Assembly (NCBI GenBank): GCA_046704725.1
Contig: JBJKRI010000005.1
Span: 1-64,000, forward strand
Source of the DNA: Candidatus Woesearchaeota archaeon
Lineage (GTDB): Archaea; Nanobdellota; Nanobdellia; Woesearchaeales; SKIA01
Direction: 5' to 3'
Length of the DNA: 64,000 nt
This document shows, piece by piece, positions 47,094 through 56,797 of this stretch (within the stretch, counting starts at the first letter, position 1; each line of letters begins with the position of its first letter). Position numbers and translations under genes: made by a program. Under the pieces are notes generated by a model. That model saw only the letters and a program-made list of their open reading frames with translations. It searched no databases and was not told the DNA's origin.

Positions 47094-47825
47094 CTAGCGT
47101 ATCCACAAGTCTTGCGGCGGAATCCTTCCAAGGACCAGGAGGTAATAATCCTTGTCCTGGAGCGCGTGCATTATAGTGTCTTCTCCTTCAGTGCGACAAG
47201 CTTCCCTGAAGCTATCGAAGGTGCCGAAAGGGCTTTTCAGGCGCTTGTGGAATTTGGACCGCTGGATCAGTTCGGCCTGGGCGAGAGCTGGTGCGTCACC
47301 GTTGACACTGCATATCCGTAAGGGATACGATCCGCGCTTGAGCGCCCAGGCAAGCGCGCTCTTCACCTCGTTCATCGAATAGCCTTCTGGGAGAGTAGGC
47401 CTGTGTTCGAGGATGTCGCGTGCCAAGTGTGCGATATTCGATGGCAATGCGCCCCCGCGATCCTTCAGGACGCCCATGTAGTACGACAGCTGCACAGGGT
47501 CGGGCGTGAAGCTCACACCTTGGCGTTCAAGATCTTGCAGTGTCACTCTAGCAGCGACCTGAGCGGATACAGGCTTGCCGCCCCATCGCAGGGTGAATGC
47601 GAAGCCTCGTCGCTCCAATGCGGAGATCAGTTCGAGGAATCGCACAATCCTTGGGACCCAGTCGTGATAGGGGTTCTTGGACGGGTCGAGACCGTGGCGC
47701 TTCATGTCTGCAGTGTATTCGTCGCTGTACGCCCTGTGCAGCAATACAGGCGCGACGAGCTGCTGGTACGCTCTTTGTAGGTCTTCGTCATCCATCTCCC
47801 TAGCCTGTTGCGCGAAGGGCACCAT
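47094..47825 (-). CDS. Hypothetical protein (AT-richer than its neighbours)
   Basis: 243-aa ORF, possibly starting at ATG 47795; TATA-like element at about 47826-47833. Confidence 0.55.
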   Translation of the reverse strand: MVPFAQQAREMDDEDLQRAYQQLVAPVLLHRAYSDEYTADMKRHGLDPSKNPYHDWVPRIVRFLELISALERRGFAFTLRWGGKPVSAQVAARVTLQDLERQGVSFTPDPVQLSYYMGVLKDRGGALPSNIAHLARDILEHRPTLPEGYSMNEVKSALAWALKRGSYPLRICSVNGDAPALAQAELIQRSKFHKRLKSPFGTFDSFREACRTEGEDTIMHALQDKDYYLLVLGRIPPQDLWIR

Positions 47826-47854
47826 TTATATATTGCCTTTTCCAGGAAGAGGGC

Positions 47855-48094
47855 GTGGCAGAGCACGTATTCCTCGCGGTCATCCTCATCGCTATCGTCG
47901 CGGTCGTGGCGCTCGCGATCGCCGACACCTCGAACAGCGCGGGACAGGCCTACCAGGGGAACGTCGCCACGCAGCACTGCACGCCCACGCGCATGTGCGC
48001 GGGAAGCAAGCTCGAGATCATCAAGAGCGACTGCTCGGTGGAGGAGGCCTACTGCCAGAGCGGCTGCGACTCGGCGCGCGGCGTCTGCATGTGA
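47855..48094 (+). CDS. Small exported Cys-rich protein
   Basis: Hydrophobic N-terminus, six Cys, CQSGC...GVC end; TTTATA about 29 nt upstream. Confidence 0.7.
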   Translation: MAEHVFLAVILIAIVAVVALAIADTSNSAGQAYQGNVATQHCTPTRMCAGSKLEIIKSDCSVEEAYCQSGCDSARGVCM

Positions 48095-48097
48095 GCG

Positions 48098-48943
48098 GTG
48101 GTCCTCGAACACCTCTTCCCGGAAGACTGGCTCGAGAGGAAACCGAGATACGCGTTCATCCTTGGGGTTGTCTATAGCATCGTCGGCATCCTGGTCGCGC
48201 GGCTCTTGTTCCCCAGCGACCCCGCACTGGTCGCGGTGGCCTTCATCAGCATCCTGCTGCTCCCTGAACTGCGCAAGATATTCGCCATCGAGGAGCGCCA
48301 GGAGCGTCATGACAAGCGCGTGAGCCTCAAACGATTGTGGAGGGACGACCACGACGTCATCGCCGTGTACCTCTGCCTGTTCCTGGGCATCTTCATCGTG
48401 TACGCTCTCGCGACAGTGTGGCTGCCGTCGTTCTCCGTCAACGCGTTGTTCCGGCAGCAGCTCGCGTACCGCGGAGCGGCGTTGGGCAATGCGGCGGGAA
48501 CGGGCGTGTTCTGGAGCATCCTCTCCAACAACATCCTCGTATTGCTCGGCGTCTTCTTGTTCGGATTGCTCGCGGGGGATGGAGCTATCTTCCTGATCGC
48601 GTGGAACGCCTCGGTGTGGGGCACCTTGTTCGCGGCGAGCGCGCGCAGCGCGAGCAGCGTGCTCGGCGGAGCGCCCATCTGGTTGCTCGGATTGGTATTG
48701 CTCATCGTCTTGCCGCACATGCTGCTCGAAGCGACGAGCTACATCATGGCCGCCATCAGCGGCTCGCTCATCAGCAAGGGGGTGGAGAAGGAGACGGGAA
48801 AGGTGCAATCGAAGGTGCTCAACTACAATCTCGTCCTGCTCGGACTGTCGCTGGTGGTACTGCTGGTCGGGGTGCTCGTCGAGACCTGGGTGCTCGGGCA
48901 CGTCACGCTCTACCAGCGCATCATCCAGGCGGGGCTGCACTGA
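48098..48943 (+). CDS. SpoIIM/DUF95-family membrane protein
   Basis: ILSNNILVL, LIAWNASVWG, LPHMLLEATSY and LVET motifs. Confidence 0.85.
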   Translation: MVLEHLFPEDWLERKPRYAFILGVVYSIVGILVARLLFPSDPALVAVAFISILLLPELRKIFAIEERQERHDKRVSLKRLWRDDHDVIAVYLCLFLGIFIVYALATVWLPSFSVNALFRQQLAYRGAALGNAAGTGVFWSILSNNILVLLGVFLFGLLAGDGAIFLIAWNASVWGTLFAASARSASSVLGGAPIWLLGLVLLIVLPHMLLEATSYIMAAISGSLISKGVEKETGKVQSKVLNYNLVLLGLSLVVLLVGVLVETWVLGHVTLYQRIIQAGLH

Positions 48944-49386
48944 TGCGGGGAACGACCCACCTCCTGTTCGGGCTCGTGCTCGCGGCGGTGTTCACGCAGG
49001 TCCATAGCTTTGCGAACCCGTTGCTCGCTGTCGTCCTCATCCTGCTCGGGAGCCTGTTGCCCGACCTCGACGAGCGGCACAGCACGCTCGGACGGAAAGT
49101 GCCGATCGTGGGCTTCCTCATCAAGCATCGCACCTTCTTCCACAGCCTGCTCTTCCTGGTGGCAGTGACCATCCTCTTGTGGGCGGTCGTGCCGGCGTGG
49201 TACGTCATCGCTTTCGCCGCAGCGGTGCTCGGGCACCTGTTCTTGGACGCGCTCACACCGCAAGGGGTGCGGCCGTTCTGGCCGTCGAAGCTGCGCGTGC
49301 GCGGTTTCGTCAGAACGGGAGGGGTGCTCGAGAAGCTCGTCGCCGCGGCCGCCGTGGTGGCGTTCGTCTGGCTGCTCTTGCGCTAG
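48943..49386 (+). CDS. YdjM-like membrane metal-dependent hydrolase
   Basis: MRGTTHLLFG, GSLLPDLD, HRTFFHS, HLFLDALTPQGV.PFWP. Confidence 0.88.
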   Translation: MRGTTHLLFGLVLAAVFTQVHSFANPLLAVVLILLGSLLPDLDERHSTLGRKVPIVGFLIKHRTFFHSLLFLVAVTILLWAVVPAWYVIAFAAAVLGHLFLDALTPQGVRPFWPSKLRVRGFVRTGGVLEKLVAAAAVVAFVWLLLR

Positions 49387-50210
49387 CGCCACTCCTTGTT
49401 GAGCTGGAGGCGGTTCGTGCGGTTATGCGGGGTCTTCTCGACCACGCCCTTGAGTTCGAGGTTGCGCACGACCTTGCTCATCTTGGACTTGGTATAGCCC
49501 GTGCGCGCGATGAGATCCTTCTGGAGGTCGACTCCCTCGCGGAGCAGCCCGAGGACCTCGCTCTCGTTGCTGGAGAGCGTGCGGTGCAATGGTTTCCTCA
49601 CGGCTCTCTTCTGGCGGCGCTGCAAGACGAGGACGACGCCACCGATGATGATGAGCGCTCCGAGAGCGGATAACAGGATGGCCGGCCAGTCGGTGGACGG
49701 CCCTTGGTAAGTGACAGCGAGCTGCAAGGGCGCGGGGCGGTCCCAGGAGAGCATGATGTTCTGCCCGTCCGTCCGCATGGAATCGGGCGGCGGGATGGCT
49801 CCGGCGGTGCGCGCGAGGACGAACTCGCGCGGCAGGGTGACCGTCACGTTCACTGTGTCCGAAGCGGGTTGCAGGTCAAGCCGCAAGGCGTGCTGGGAGC
49901 CGCTCGTGATGACGAGATTGTCGAAGATGAGGCTGAAGGCGACGGTGTTCTTCCCGGCGACGAGAGGATGCTCGAGGACGAGCGTGCCGTTCCGGATGCT
50001 GTACGGATCCTTGGAGATGACGCTCAACGGTTCATTGGAGAGATTCCAACGGACCTCGTTGTAGCTCTGGTTCGCGTCGATATGCAGGACGACGTCCTCG
50101 CGCACGATATCGTTGGGCGTGAGGGTGATGTGGACGACCGTCTGGGCCGCGCTCGCCAACGGGACGAGCAAAAGCACCAGAAGGAGTGCAGGGACGCGTA
50201 TCATCGACAT
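49383..50210 (-). CDS. Membrane-anchored winged-HTH protein (extracellular domain, TM, MarR-like HTH)
   Basis: Signal peptide, beta-rich domain, TM, then LQKDLIARTGYTKSKMSKVVRNLELKGVVEK. Confidence 0.8.
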   Translation of the reverse strand: MSMIRVPALLLVLLLVPLASAAQTVVHITLTPNDIVREDVVLHIDANQSYNEVRWNLSNEPLSVISKDPYSIRNGTLVLEHPLVAGKNTVAFSLIFDNLVITSGSQHALRLDLQPASDTVNVTVTLPREFVLARTAGAIPPPDSMRTDGQNIMLSWDRPAPLQLAVTYQGPSTDWPAILLSALGALIIIGGVVLVLQRRQKRAVRKPLHRTLSSNESEVLGLLREGVDLQKDLIARTGYTKSKMSKVVRNLELKGVVEKTPHNRTNRLQLNKEWR

Positions 50211-50241
50211 TCGGATGCCTCAACGCTATTTATTGTTTGGC

Positions 50242-51783
50242 CTAGTCGTCATGCCCGCGTCCGTTCGAGGAGCGTCCGTGCGCATGCTGGCTGCCCTGAT
50301 CGCCTGCTTCCCTCTCCGTCCCGAACAGGGTCCGAAGACCGTTCTGGGAGTTGCCGTTCCCGTTGACCGAGGCATTCACAGACTTCTTGGCGAGGCCGGG
50401 GGGAATGTGGTCCTCCTGCTCCGTATTGCGTTGACCGCCCGCGCTGTATGCAGCCGCAGAGTGTTCGGGTGGGGTGTGCTGCACTGTGCGCGATTCGGTC
50501 TCCGTATCATTCTGCTCGGTCTGGTTCACGGCGTCGTCCTCCAAGTGCTTCTTGATGAGCGATGCGCCGTGCTCGGTGATGTCCTGCTGCGAGAGCAGGT
50601 CGGCATCCTGCGAAGGAGAGAGATTGTACTGTTGGAACAAGAGTTCCTTGGGCGTCGGCGTGTGGAAGCCGAAGAAGCCGAGGATCTTCTGGAAGATGCC
50701 CGGCGGCGTCCACTGATAATTGATCATGGCGTTGATGCTCTGGTCGCCGAGCTTGCCCGTCTTGATGAGGCGGTTGAGCACGCCCGGATTGAGCTTGTAG
50801 TGCTCGAGGATGTACGCCAGCTGAGCGTCGGTGATGTTTCCCGCTTCGAGCATCTGCGGGAGCTTCTCGAAGCCCGTGGCGAAACGGCTCATGTTCAGCG
50901 TCTCGTTGGTCTGGTTGCTCGTGGCGTTGATCGCCACGCTGAACGCGACGGTCTTGTTGACGGTCTGGTTTCCGCTGGTCGCCCATGCGGTGAGCGTGTG
51001 GCTGCCGTTGGCGAGGCTGAGCGTCGCCGTGTAGCTGCTGCAGTTCGTGCAGACCGCGGCCGCGCTGCCCGTGTCGATCGCGTAGCTGATGTTCGCGGCA
51101 AGATTCGTGCTGATGTCCACCGGGACTGTACCGTTGTACGTGTTGTTGGTCGGTGCGGCGAGCGTGAGGCTCAGGTTTGTCTCGTTCTGCGTCTGGTTCT
51201 GCGTGGAGTTCGCTACAAGCACGCTGAATGCGACGGTCTTGTTGACTGTCTGGTTCCCGCTGGTCGCCCATGCGGTGAATGTATGGCTCCCGTTCGTGAG
51301 GTTGAGGGATGTGCTGTAGTCGCTGCAGTTCGTGCAGGCGACAGTGGCGTTTGCGCCATCAACAGTGTAGCTGATGTGCGCGTCCCTATCAGTCGTGAGG
51401 TTCATGGGCACAGTGCTATTGTACGTGGCGTTCTCCGGCGAGACGATGGTCAGGTTCAGCGGCTCGATAGTAGAGACGGTGAATCCGACGACGACGGTGG
51501 TGTTGTTCGTGTCGGAGGACGCGTAGAGGATGTACTGGCCGTCGCCGAGATCGAGCGTGTCGCTGAGCGTGCTGCAGTTGGCGCAGCTCGCGTTCCTGAT
51601 GGAGATGTTCCCCTCGAAAAGGGTGTAGGAAAGAGCGGTCTCGTTTCCTTGGGCGTGGATCTGCACGGGGACCGTGCCGTTGTAGGTCTCGTTATTGATG
51701 GGTTGCGTGACGCTGAGCGCCGACGCGCTCGCCACGGCGATGCCGAGGATGAGCGCGTACGCGATGATGTGCGTGATTCTCAT
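50242..51783 (-). CDS. Secreted glycoprotein with three Ig-like repeats
   Basis: Signal MRITHIIAYALILGIAVASASA; 3 x P.N.TYN.TVP...CxNCS...L..G; near-identical NGSHT.TAWATSGNQTVNKTVAFSV pair; many N-glycosylation sequons. Confidence 0.8.
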   Translation of the reverse strand: MRITHIIAYALILGIAVASASALSVTQPINNETYNGTVPVQIHAQGNETALSYTLFEGNISIRNASCANCSTLSDTLDLGDGQYILYASSDTNNTTVVVGFTVSTIEPLNLTIVSPENATYNSTVPMNLTTDRDAHISYTVDGANATVACTNCSDYSTSLNLTNGSHTFTAWATSGNQTVNKTVAFSVLVANSTQNQTQNETNLSLTLAAPTNNTYNGTVPVDISTNLAANISYAIDTGSAAAVCTNCSSYTATLSLANGSHTLTAWATSGNQTVNKTVAFSVAINATSNQTNETLNMSRFATGFEKLPQMLEAGNITDAQLAYILEHYKLNPGVLNRLIKTGKLGDQSINAMINYQWTPPGIFQKILGFFGFHTPTPKELLFQQYNLSPSQDADLLSQQDITEHGASLIKKHLEDDAVNQTEQNDTETESRTVQHTPPEHSAAAYSAGGQRNTEQEDHIPPGLAKKSVNASVNGNGNSQNGLRTLFGTEREAGDQGSQHAHGRSSNGRGHDD

Positions 51784-52044
51784 GCCAGGGGTTATGGGGC
51801 GCGGATATATAGAACGTTCCTGGAAACGGTTGCGCAACCATGAGTGTATAGTGTAACATACGCTTTTTCTCATAGGTGTTGGCGGACACGAACGCTTTAA
51901 ATGACGGACGGGTCAACGAGAATCATTCGCGATACGCGGATACCGCATCGGCGACAGCAACCCCCAACATAGCGACTTCTGCCGGTGCCTTTTATCCTTC
52001 TCGCATAAGATTTATAGTGTACCTATCCACTCGTGGGGAATTCC

Positions 52045-52674
52045 ATGGTAGAACGAGATGATTGGAAGGAAAGGGACTCTGAGGCTGTGCAGAGGTATCT
52101 CTCTGGGGAAGCGCGCGCTTTTACCGAACTGCATGATCGGTATCGGGGACCAATGATCAACTTTGCTTACAGGATCGTCAAGGACAAGGAGCGTGCAGAG
52201 GACCTCGTACAGGAGGCATGGATCCGTATGTACCGTCATATGCATCGTTTCGACCAGAGCAGGCGATTCTCTACGTGGGCGTATGCCATCCTCGCGAACC
52301 CGGGCAAGAACGAGTTGCGTGATCAGGGCCGGAATCCTATCGATCTCATTAGCACCATTGAGACTCCGGGTTGGAGACCAATGGAATGGTCGAATACGAA
52401 GCTTTCCACCGAGCGCACGTACGAGGAGCGTCATCTGGAGGAGGTCGTCGATAAGACGATCAGTCTCCTTCCTGACCATTTCCGTGCAGTATTCTATATG
52501 CGGGAACGCCTCGGCATGACCTACGAGGAAATCCAAGAAGTGCTCGATGTCACTATGGGAACTGTGAAGAGTCGTCTGCACCGAGCGCGGGTCAGGTTCT
52601 CTGAGCTGTTCAAGGTAAACCATCCAGAGGAATACGCGCACCAGGTCGGTAGAACGTACGCAGAGGCCGCCTGA
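52045..52674 (+). CDS. Bacterial-type ECF (RpoE-like) sigma-70 factor
   Basis: Region 2: AFTELHDRY...AEDLVQEAWIRMY...FSTWAYAILAN. Region 4: LPDHFRAVFYMRE..GMTYEEIQEVLDVTMGTVKSRLHRAR. TTTATA at 52011. Confidence 0.9.
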   Translation: MVERDDWKERDSEAVQRYLSGEARAFTELHDRYRGPMINFAYRIVKDKERAEDLVQEAWIRMYRHMHRFDQSRRFSTWAYAILANPGKNELRDQGRNPIDLISTIETPGWRPMEWSNTKLSTERTYEERHLEEVVDKTISLLPDHFRAVFYMRERLGMTYEEIQEVLDVTMGTVKSRLHRARVRFSELFKVNHPEEYAHQVGRTYAEAA

Positions 52675-52728
52675 ACCCACTGGACATCCACGGTCCCGTC
52701 GCTTATAAACCGCTTTTCGCATAGCAGC

Positions 52729-52795
52729 TGTGCTTCCATCTGAAACAAGATGCGAACCGCAAGGTCCGGGAAGACCCGGAAGCAAGGAGGCACAT
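52729..52795 (+). promoter_or_regulatory. Candidate structured 5' leader of the small ssDNA-binding-like gene / radA operon
   Basis: Three internal hairpins enclosed by TGTGCTTCC/GGAGGCACA, which covers the SD; TTATAAA at 52703. Confidence 0.5.
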
Positions 52796-53029
52796 ATGCA
52801 ACCCGAGAAGAAGTTCAAGGCCGGCGCCATCACGGCGACCGTCTGGCGCAACGAGACGACAAAGGACGGCGAGACCGTCACCTACCCGACAATCACGTTT
52901 GAACGCACCTACAAGGACAAGGAAGGAGCGTGGCAGACGACCAACAGCCTGCGCTCCGGCGACCTGCCCAAAGCGGCGCTCGTCCTCAACAAGGCCTACG
53001 AGTACCTCTCACTGGAGGCCGAAGCATAG
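52796..53029 (+). CDS. Small conserved protein, possible PC4/SSB-like nucleic-acid-binding fold
   Basis: [19 protein letters not shown]...[20 protein letters not shown]...DLPKA; GGAGG RBS. Confidence 0.7.
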   Translation: MQPEKKFKAGAITATVWRNETTKDGETVTYPTITFERTYKDKEGAWQTTNSLRSGDLPKAALVLNKAYEYLSLEAEA

Positions 53030-53049
53030 ATAAGCACGGAGGAAAACAC

Positions 53050-54009
53050 ATGACACAGACGATGACGATCCAAGAACCCAGCATCAGCGAACTGCCCGGC
53101 GTGGGCCCCGCGACAGCGGAGAAGCTCGCCAGCACGGGCTATGACACTGTGATGAGCATCGCCGTGGCCACGCCCGGAGAGCTCACGGACGCCAGCGGCG
53201 TCTCCGAAGCGGCAGCGAGGAAGATGATCGGCGCTGCGCGCGACATGCTCGACATGGGATTCATGTCGGGCGACGAGATACTCGCCAAGCGACAGGCCGT
53301 CAACAAGATCAGCGTCGGCGCGAAGAGCTTCGATGCGTTGCTCGGAGGCGGCTTCGAGACGGGGAGCATCACCGAATGCTTCGGGGAGTTCGGCTCTGGC
53401 AAGACGCAGATCGGCCACATCCTCGCGGTGAGCATCCAGAAGGAATTCCCCGGCTGCTACGCCGTCTACATCGACACCGAGAACACGTTCCGCCCCGAGC
53501 GCATCATGGAGCTCGCCGAGGGATTCGGCATCGACCCCGAGGACGCGCTCAAGCACATCAAGGTGGCGAAAGCGTACAACAGTGACCACCAGATGCTCTT
53601 GGCGGAGAAGGTCGAGGGCCTCATCAAGGACGGCTTGGACGTCAAGCTCGTCGTCGTGGACTCATTGACATCGCACTTCCGCGCCGAGTTCGTCGGCCGC
53701 GGCACCTTGGCCGAGCGACAGCAGAAGCTCAACAAGCACATGCACGTCCTGTCCAAGCTCGCGGACGTGCACAACCTGTGCGTCTTCGTGACGAACCAGG
53801 TCATGGCCAAGCCCGACCAGTTCTTCGGCGACCCCACGCACGCGATCGGCGGGCACATCGTGGCTCACGCCTCGACGTTCCGCATCTACCTGCGCAAGGG
53901 ACGCAAGAACAGCCGCGTCGCGAAGCTCATCGACGCCCCGAACCTGCCCGACGGCGAATGCGCGTTTTTCGTGCGTTCAGGAGGGCTCGAGGACATAGAG
54001 GTCTCGTAG
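53050..54009 (+). CDS. radA: DNA repair and recombination protein RadA
   Basis: N-terminal Hh[63 protein letters not shown]. Confidence 0.97.
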   Translation: MTQTMTIQEPSISELPGVGPATAEKLASTGYDTVMSIAVATPGELTDASGVSEAAARKMIGAARDMLDMGFMSGDEILAKRQAVNKISVGAKSFDALLGGGFETGSITECFGEFGSGKTQIGHILAVSIQKEFPGCYAVYIDTENTFRPERIMELAEGFGIDPEDALKHIKVAKAYNSDHQMLLAEKVEGLIKDGLDVKLVVVDSLTSHFRAEFVGRGTLAERQQKLNKHMHVLSKLADVHNLCVFVTNQVMAKPDQFFGDPTHAIGGHIVAHASTFRIYLRKGRKNSRVAKLIDAPNLPDGECAFFVRSGGLEDIEVS

Positions 54010-54020
54010 AGGCTCCCTTT

Positions 54021-55214
54021 CTATTTCTTCTTCCTCCTGCGTCGGACGACGACAGCAGCGATCACGATGGCGAGCGCCCACAAGAACCAGTAGTCGATGA
54101 AGACTATCCGGAAGAAGCCCTTCGGGGAGACGGCGAGCGTGACATTCGCGCTATCCTGCAATTGCTTGCCCTGGGCGTCCTCGAAATCGAAGAGCATCTT
54201 CAATCCGTAGGCGCCGGGGACCGCGTTCTTGTCGATATTGACCGTGACGCTGACTGTCGCGGTCTGTCCGGGATCGAGCCGGTCGATGTAGCGCGTGCTC
54301 CCATCAGTGGAGAAAGGGAACTGCGGCTCGAGCGAGGCGCGCACGTGGTACGCGGTGTCCGTCCCCGTGTTCATGACGCGCACCTGCACTGTGCGGGTGT
54401 TCTGGTTCGCGAACAACGCGCCCTGCTGGGTCGTGGTGTTGAACTGCGCGATACGGCTGACATGGAAGGTGAGCGGTAGGTTCGCGGTCCGCTGCGCCAT
54501 CATCTCATCGAGATAGCGCACATGCAAGGTCATGTTGTAGTCCTTCGCGGGAGCGTCCTTGGGGATTTTCACGGAGAAATCCGTTGTCCTTCCCTGCTGC
54601 GTGGCGATGCTGCCCAACGAGGCGTTCTGGCCGGCCCATTCCACCGTCACTGGAGGCGTGGCGGACAGCGAGGCGGTGACAGAGCGCGCAGTGAAGGTCC
54701 CGTCGTTCTGCACGTTCACGGTCACCGTCGCCGTGTCCCCCGGATAGACATCGACCGGGGAGGATCGCGCGACGTTGGCGGCGAGCTGGGGAGTGCCGTT
54801 CACGAAGACGTTGATGGTGCTCGTGGTGGTGTACTCGGCGTACAGGGAGGTCTGGTAGTCGTTGCTCACCGTGATCTGGTAGAAGCCGCCCGTCCCCGAG
54901 GGATCGATACGCATGGGGATGTCCACTGTGGTGCTGTTCGGACCGCAGACGGTGCCGGCGTGCACGGCGGTGACGCCGCGCAGGATGAACGGCGAGCCCG
55001 CCTGCAAGGTCGTGGTGACGTCCTGGGCGCAGGTGTCGTTCTCGGTGTTCGTCAATGTCAAGGACAAGGTGAAATCCTTGCCCACGGTGGCGCTGCCTTG
55101 CGTGATATGGTAGCCGGAGACGACGACGTGCGGCGCGGCCACGGCCTGTGCGAAGCCAGCGGCGAGCAGCAGCGTCAACGACGCCAGCAACAATGCGGTG
55201 ATGTCTTTTCTCAT
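54021..55214 (-). CDS. COG1361 / S-layer-domain (CARDB-like) membrane-anchored protein, partner of the ABC transporter
   Basis: Signal peptide, VYPGDTATVTVNVQNDG repeats, C-terminal TM plus RRRRKKK; GGAGG RBS. Confidence 0.8.
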   Translation of the reverse strand: MRKDITALLLASLTLLLAAGFAQAVAAPHVVVSGYHITQGSATVGKDFTLSLTLTNTENDTCAQDVTTTLQAGSPFILRGVTAVHAGTVCGPNSTTVDIPMRIDPSGTGGFYQITVSNDYQTSLYAEYTTTSTINVFVNGTPQLAANVARSSPVDVYPGDTATVTVNVQNDGTFTARSVTASLSATPPVTVEWAGQNASLGSIATQQGRTTDFSVKIPKDAPAKDYNMTLHVRYLDEMMAQRTANLPLTFHVSRIAQFNTTTQQGALFANQNTRTVQVRVMNTGTDTAYHVRASLEPQFPFSTDGSTRYIDRLDPGQTATVSVTVNIDKNAVPGAYGLKMLFDFEDAQGKQLQDSANVTLAVSPKGFFRIVFIDYWFLWALAIVIAAVVVRRRRKKK

Positions 55215-55228
55215 TGGAAACCTCCGTT

Positions 55229-56797
55229 TCATTCGATATCCCTCTTGAAGACTGCGAACAAGATGATGAGCAATGCGGCAAGAAAGCCGAGCAATATGAG
55301 CATCGGGCCTGTCGTGGGTCCGATGGAGAAGCCCTTGATCATGACGTCGCGCAACGCCTGCGCGGCGTACGTGATGGGTAACGCTGCAGCGGCGGCCTGC
55401 AGGGTCTTGGGCATCGCCTGCAAGGGGAAGAACACGCCCGCGAGGAAGATGGTGGGCACGCTCACGAGCATGGCTATGCCTTGGTACTGGTTCTCTGTTG
55501 ACGCCATGCTCGACAATATCATCCCGATGGAGGTGCAGATCCCTGTGTAGATGATGAGGATGAGCGCGATGAGGAGCAGGCTTCCCGTGATGGCGGTATT
55601 GAAGACGAGGACCGCGATGAGCACGAGCCAAGCGGAACGGAACAATTCGAAGAAGACGTAGAACAGCAAGGTCCCGGTGATGATGGTCGCGTTGGAGGTC
55701 GGTGTGAGGAAGACCCGCGTCAATGACCCTTCGCGCTTCTCGCCGGCGACAGCGCGCCCCATGCCCATGACCGCGCCCTGGAAGATCGTGAGGGCGATGA
55801 TCGCCGGGATGACGAAATCGATCGCGCTCTTGCCCGTGCCGTACGCCGCCTTCTCCTGGTAGACGAGCGGCTGGAGCACGTCGTTGGCGTTGGCCTGCGT
55901 GAAGGTGTCGATGCGGGAGAGGGGCGCGAGGACCTGCGCGCCGTAGGATTGCTTCTCGAGGGCGCCCTGCGCCTGCGCGGCCTTGGCCACTGAGCTCGCC
56001 GCGAGCAACTGTCCGTCGGCGACGCCGAGCAGGGAGGAGGCGCCGCTGATGGTCTGCGCCTGCGCGCTCGTGGACGAGCCGACCGCGGTCCCGCCCAAGA
56101 GGACCTGGTTGGTGTTGCCGCTCGAGAGCACGTAGGCGTGCGGCGGCGGGACGGCGGCGCGCAATTGCTGCGCGTAGGCGCTGATGATATTGTTCGCTGT
56201 CGATAGCGACGTCTGCGCGGCTCCGGCGTGCGAGAGGATGGTGCTGTAGGCGTCGGGCTGCGCCTGGATGTAGCCATAGAGCGACTGCGAAGAGGACGCT
56301 ACCGTCTGCTGGTAGGCGAGGAGGCGCTGCGTCCCGATACGCGTGGCGACCTGATGCACGATGGCCTGGAGCGTCGCTTTTGCCGTGGCGCTGATGGACG
56401 AGTCGGACTCGTCCACGATGACGGTGATGGCCGCCTGGCCGCCGGCGTCGATCGTCTTTCCCAATCCCGGCGGTATCTCGACGATGACCCGGACCTTGCC
56501 GTCGTCGAGGAGCCGACGCGCCTCTCCCTCGGTGTTCACCTTGTAGCCGACGCTGAAGACCTGGCTGTTCGCGACGGCCTGCTGGACCTCCTGCGATAAC
56601 GGCGAGGAGTCATGCACGACCATGGCGGTGCTGATGTGCTTTGGGATGTTCCCGCTCGTGAAACCGAATATCAGCATCATGAAGACTGGGAACATGATGA
56701 GCGGGAGAAGACGCGTCTTGTCCCTGCTGATGACCGTCAGGTTCTTGTGCATGATGGCGAGCATCTTGCGCCAGTCCAGGAGCTTCTCTTGCGCCAT
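55229..56797 (-). CDS. ABC-2 type permease with large extracellular insertion
   Basis: RDKTRLLPLIMFPVFMMLIFG, GEKREGSLTRVFLTP, FLAGVFFPLQAMP, LPITYA. Confidence 0.9.
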   Translation of the reverse strand: MAQEKLLDWRKMLAIMHKNLTVISRDKTRLLPLIMFPVFMMLIFGFTSGNIPKHISTAMVVHDSSPLSQEVQQAVANSQVFSVGYKVNTEGEARRLLDDGKVRVIVEIPPGLGKTIDAGGQAAITVIVDESDSSISATAKATLQAIVHQVATRIGTQRLLAYQQTVASSSQSLYGYIQAQPDAYSTILSHAGAAQTSLSTANNIISAYAQQLRAAVPPPHAYVLSSGNTNQVLLGGTAVGSSTSAQAQTISGASSLLGVADGQLLAASSVAKAAQAQGALEKQSYGAQVLAPLSRIDTFTQANANDVLQPLVYQEKAAYGTGKSAIDFVIPAIIALTIFQGAVMGMGRAVAGEKREGSLTRVFLTPTSNATIITGTLLFYVFFELFRSAWLVLIAVLVFNTAITGSLLLIALILIIYTGICTSIGMILSSMASTENQYQGIAMLVSVPTIFLAGVFFPLQAMPKTLQAAAAALPITYAAQALRDVMIKGFSIGPTTGPMLILLGFLAALLIILFAVFKRDIE

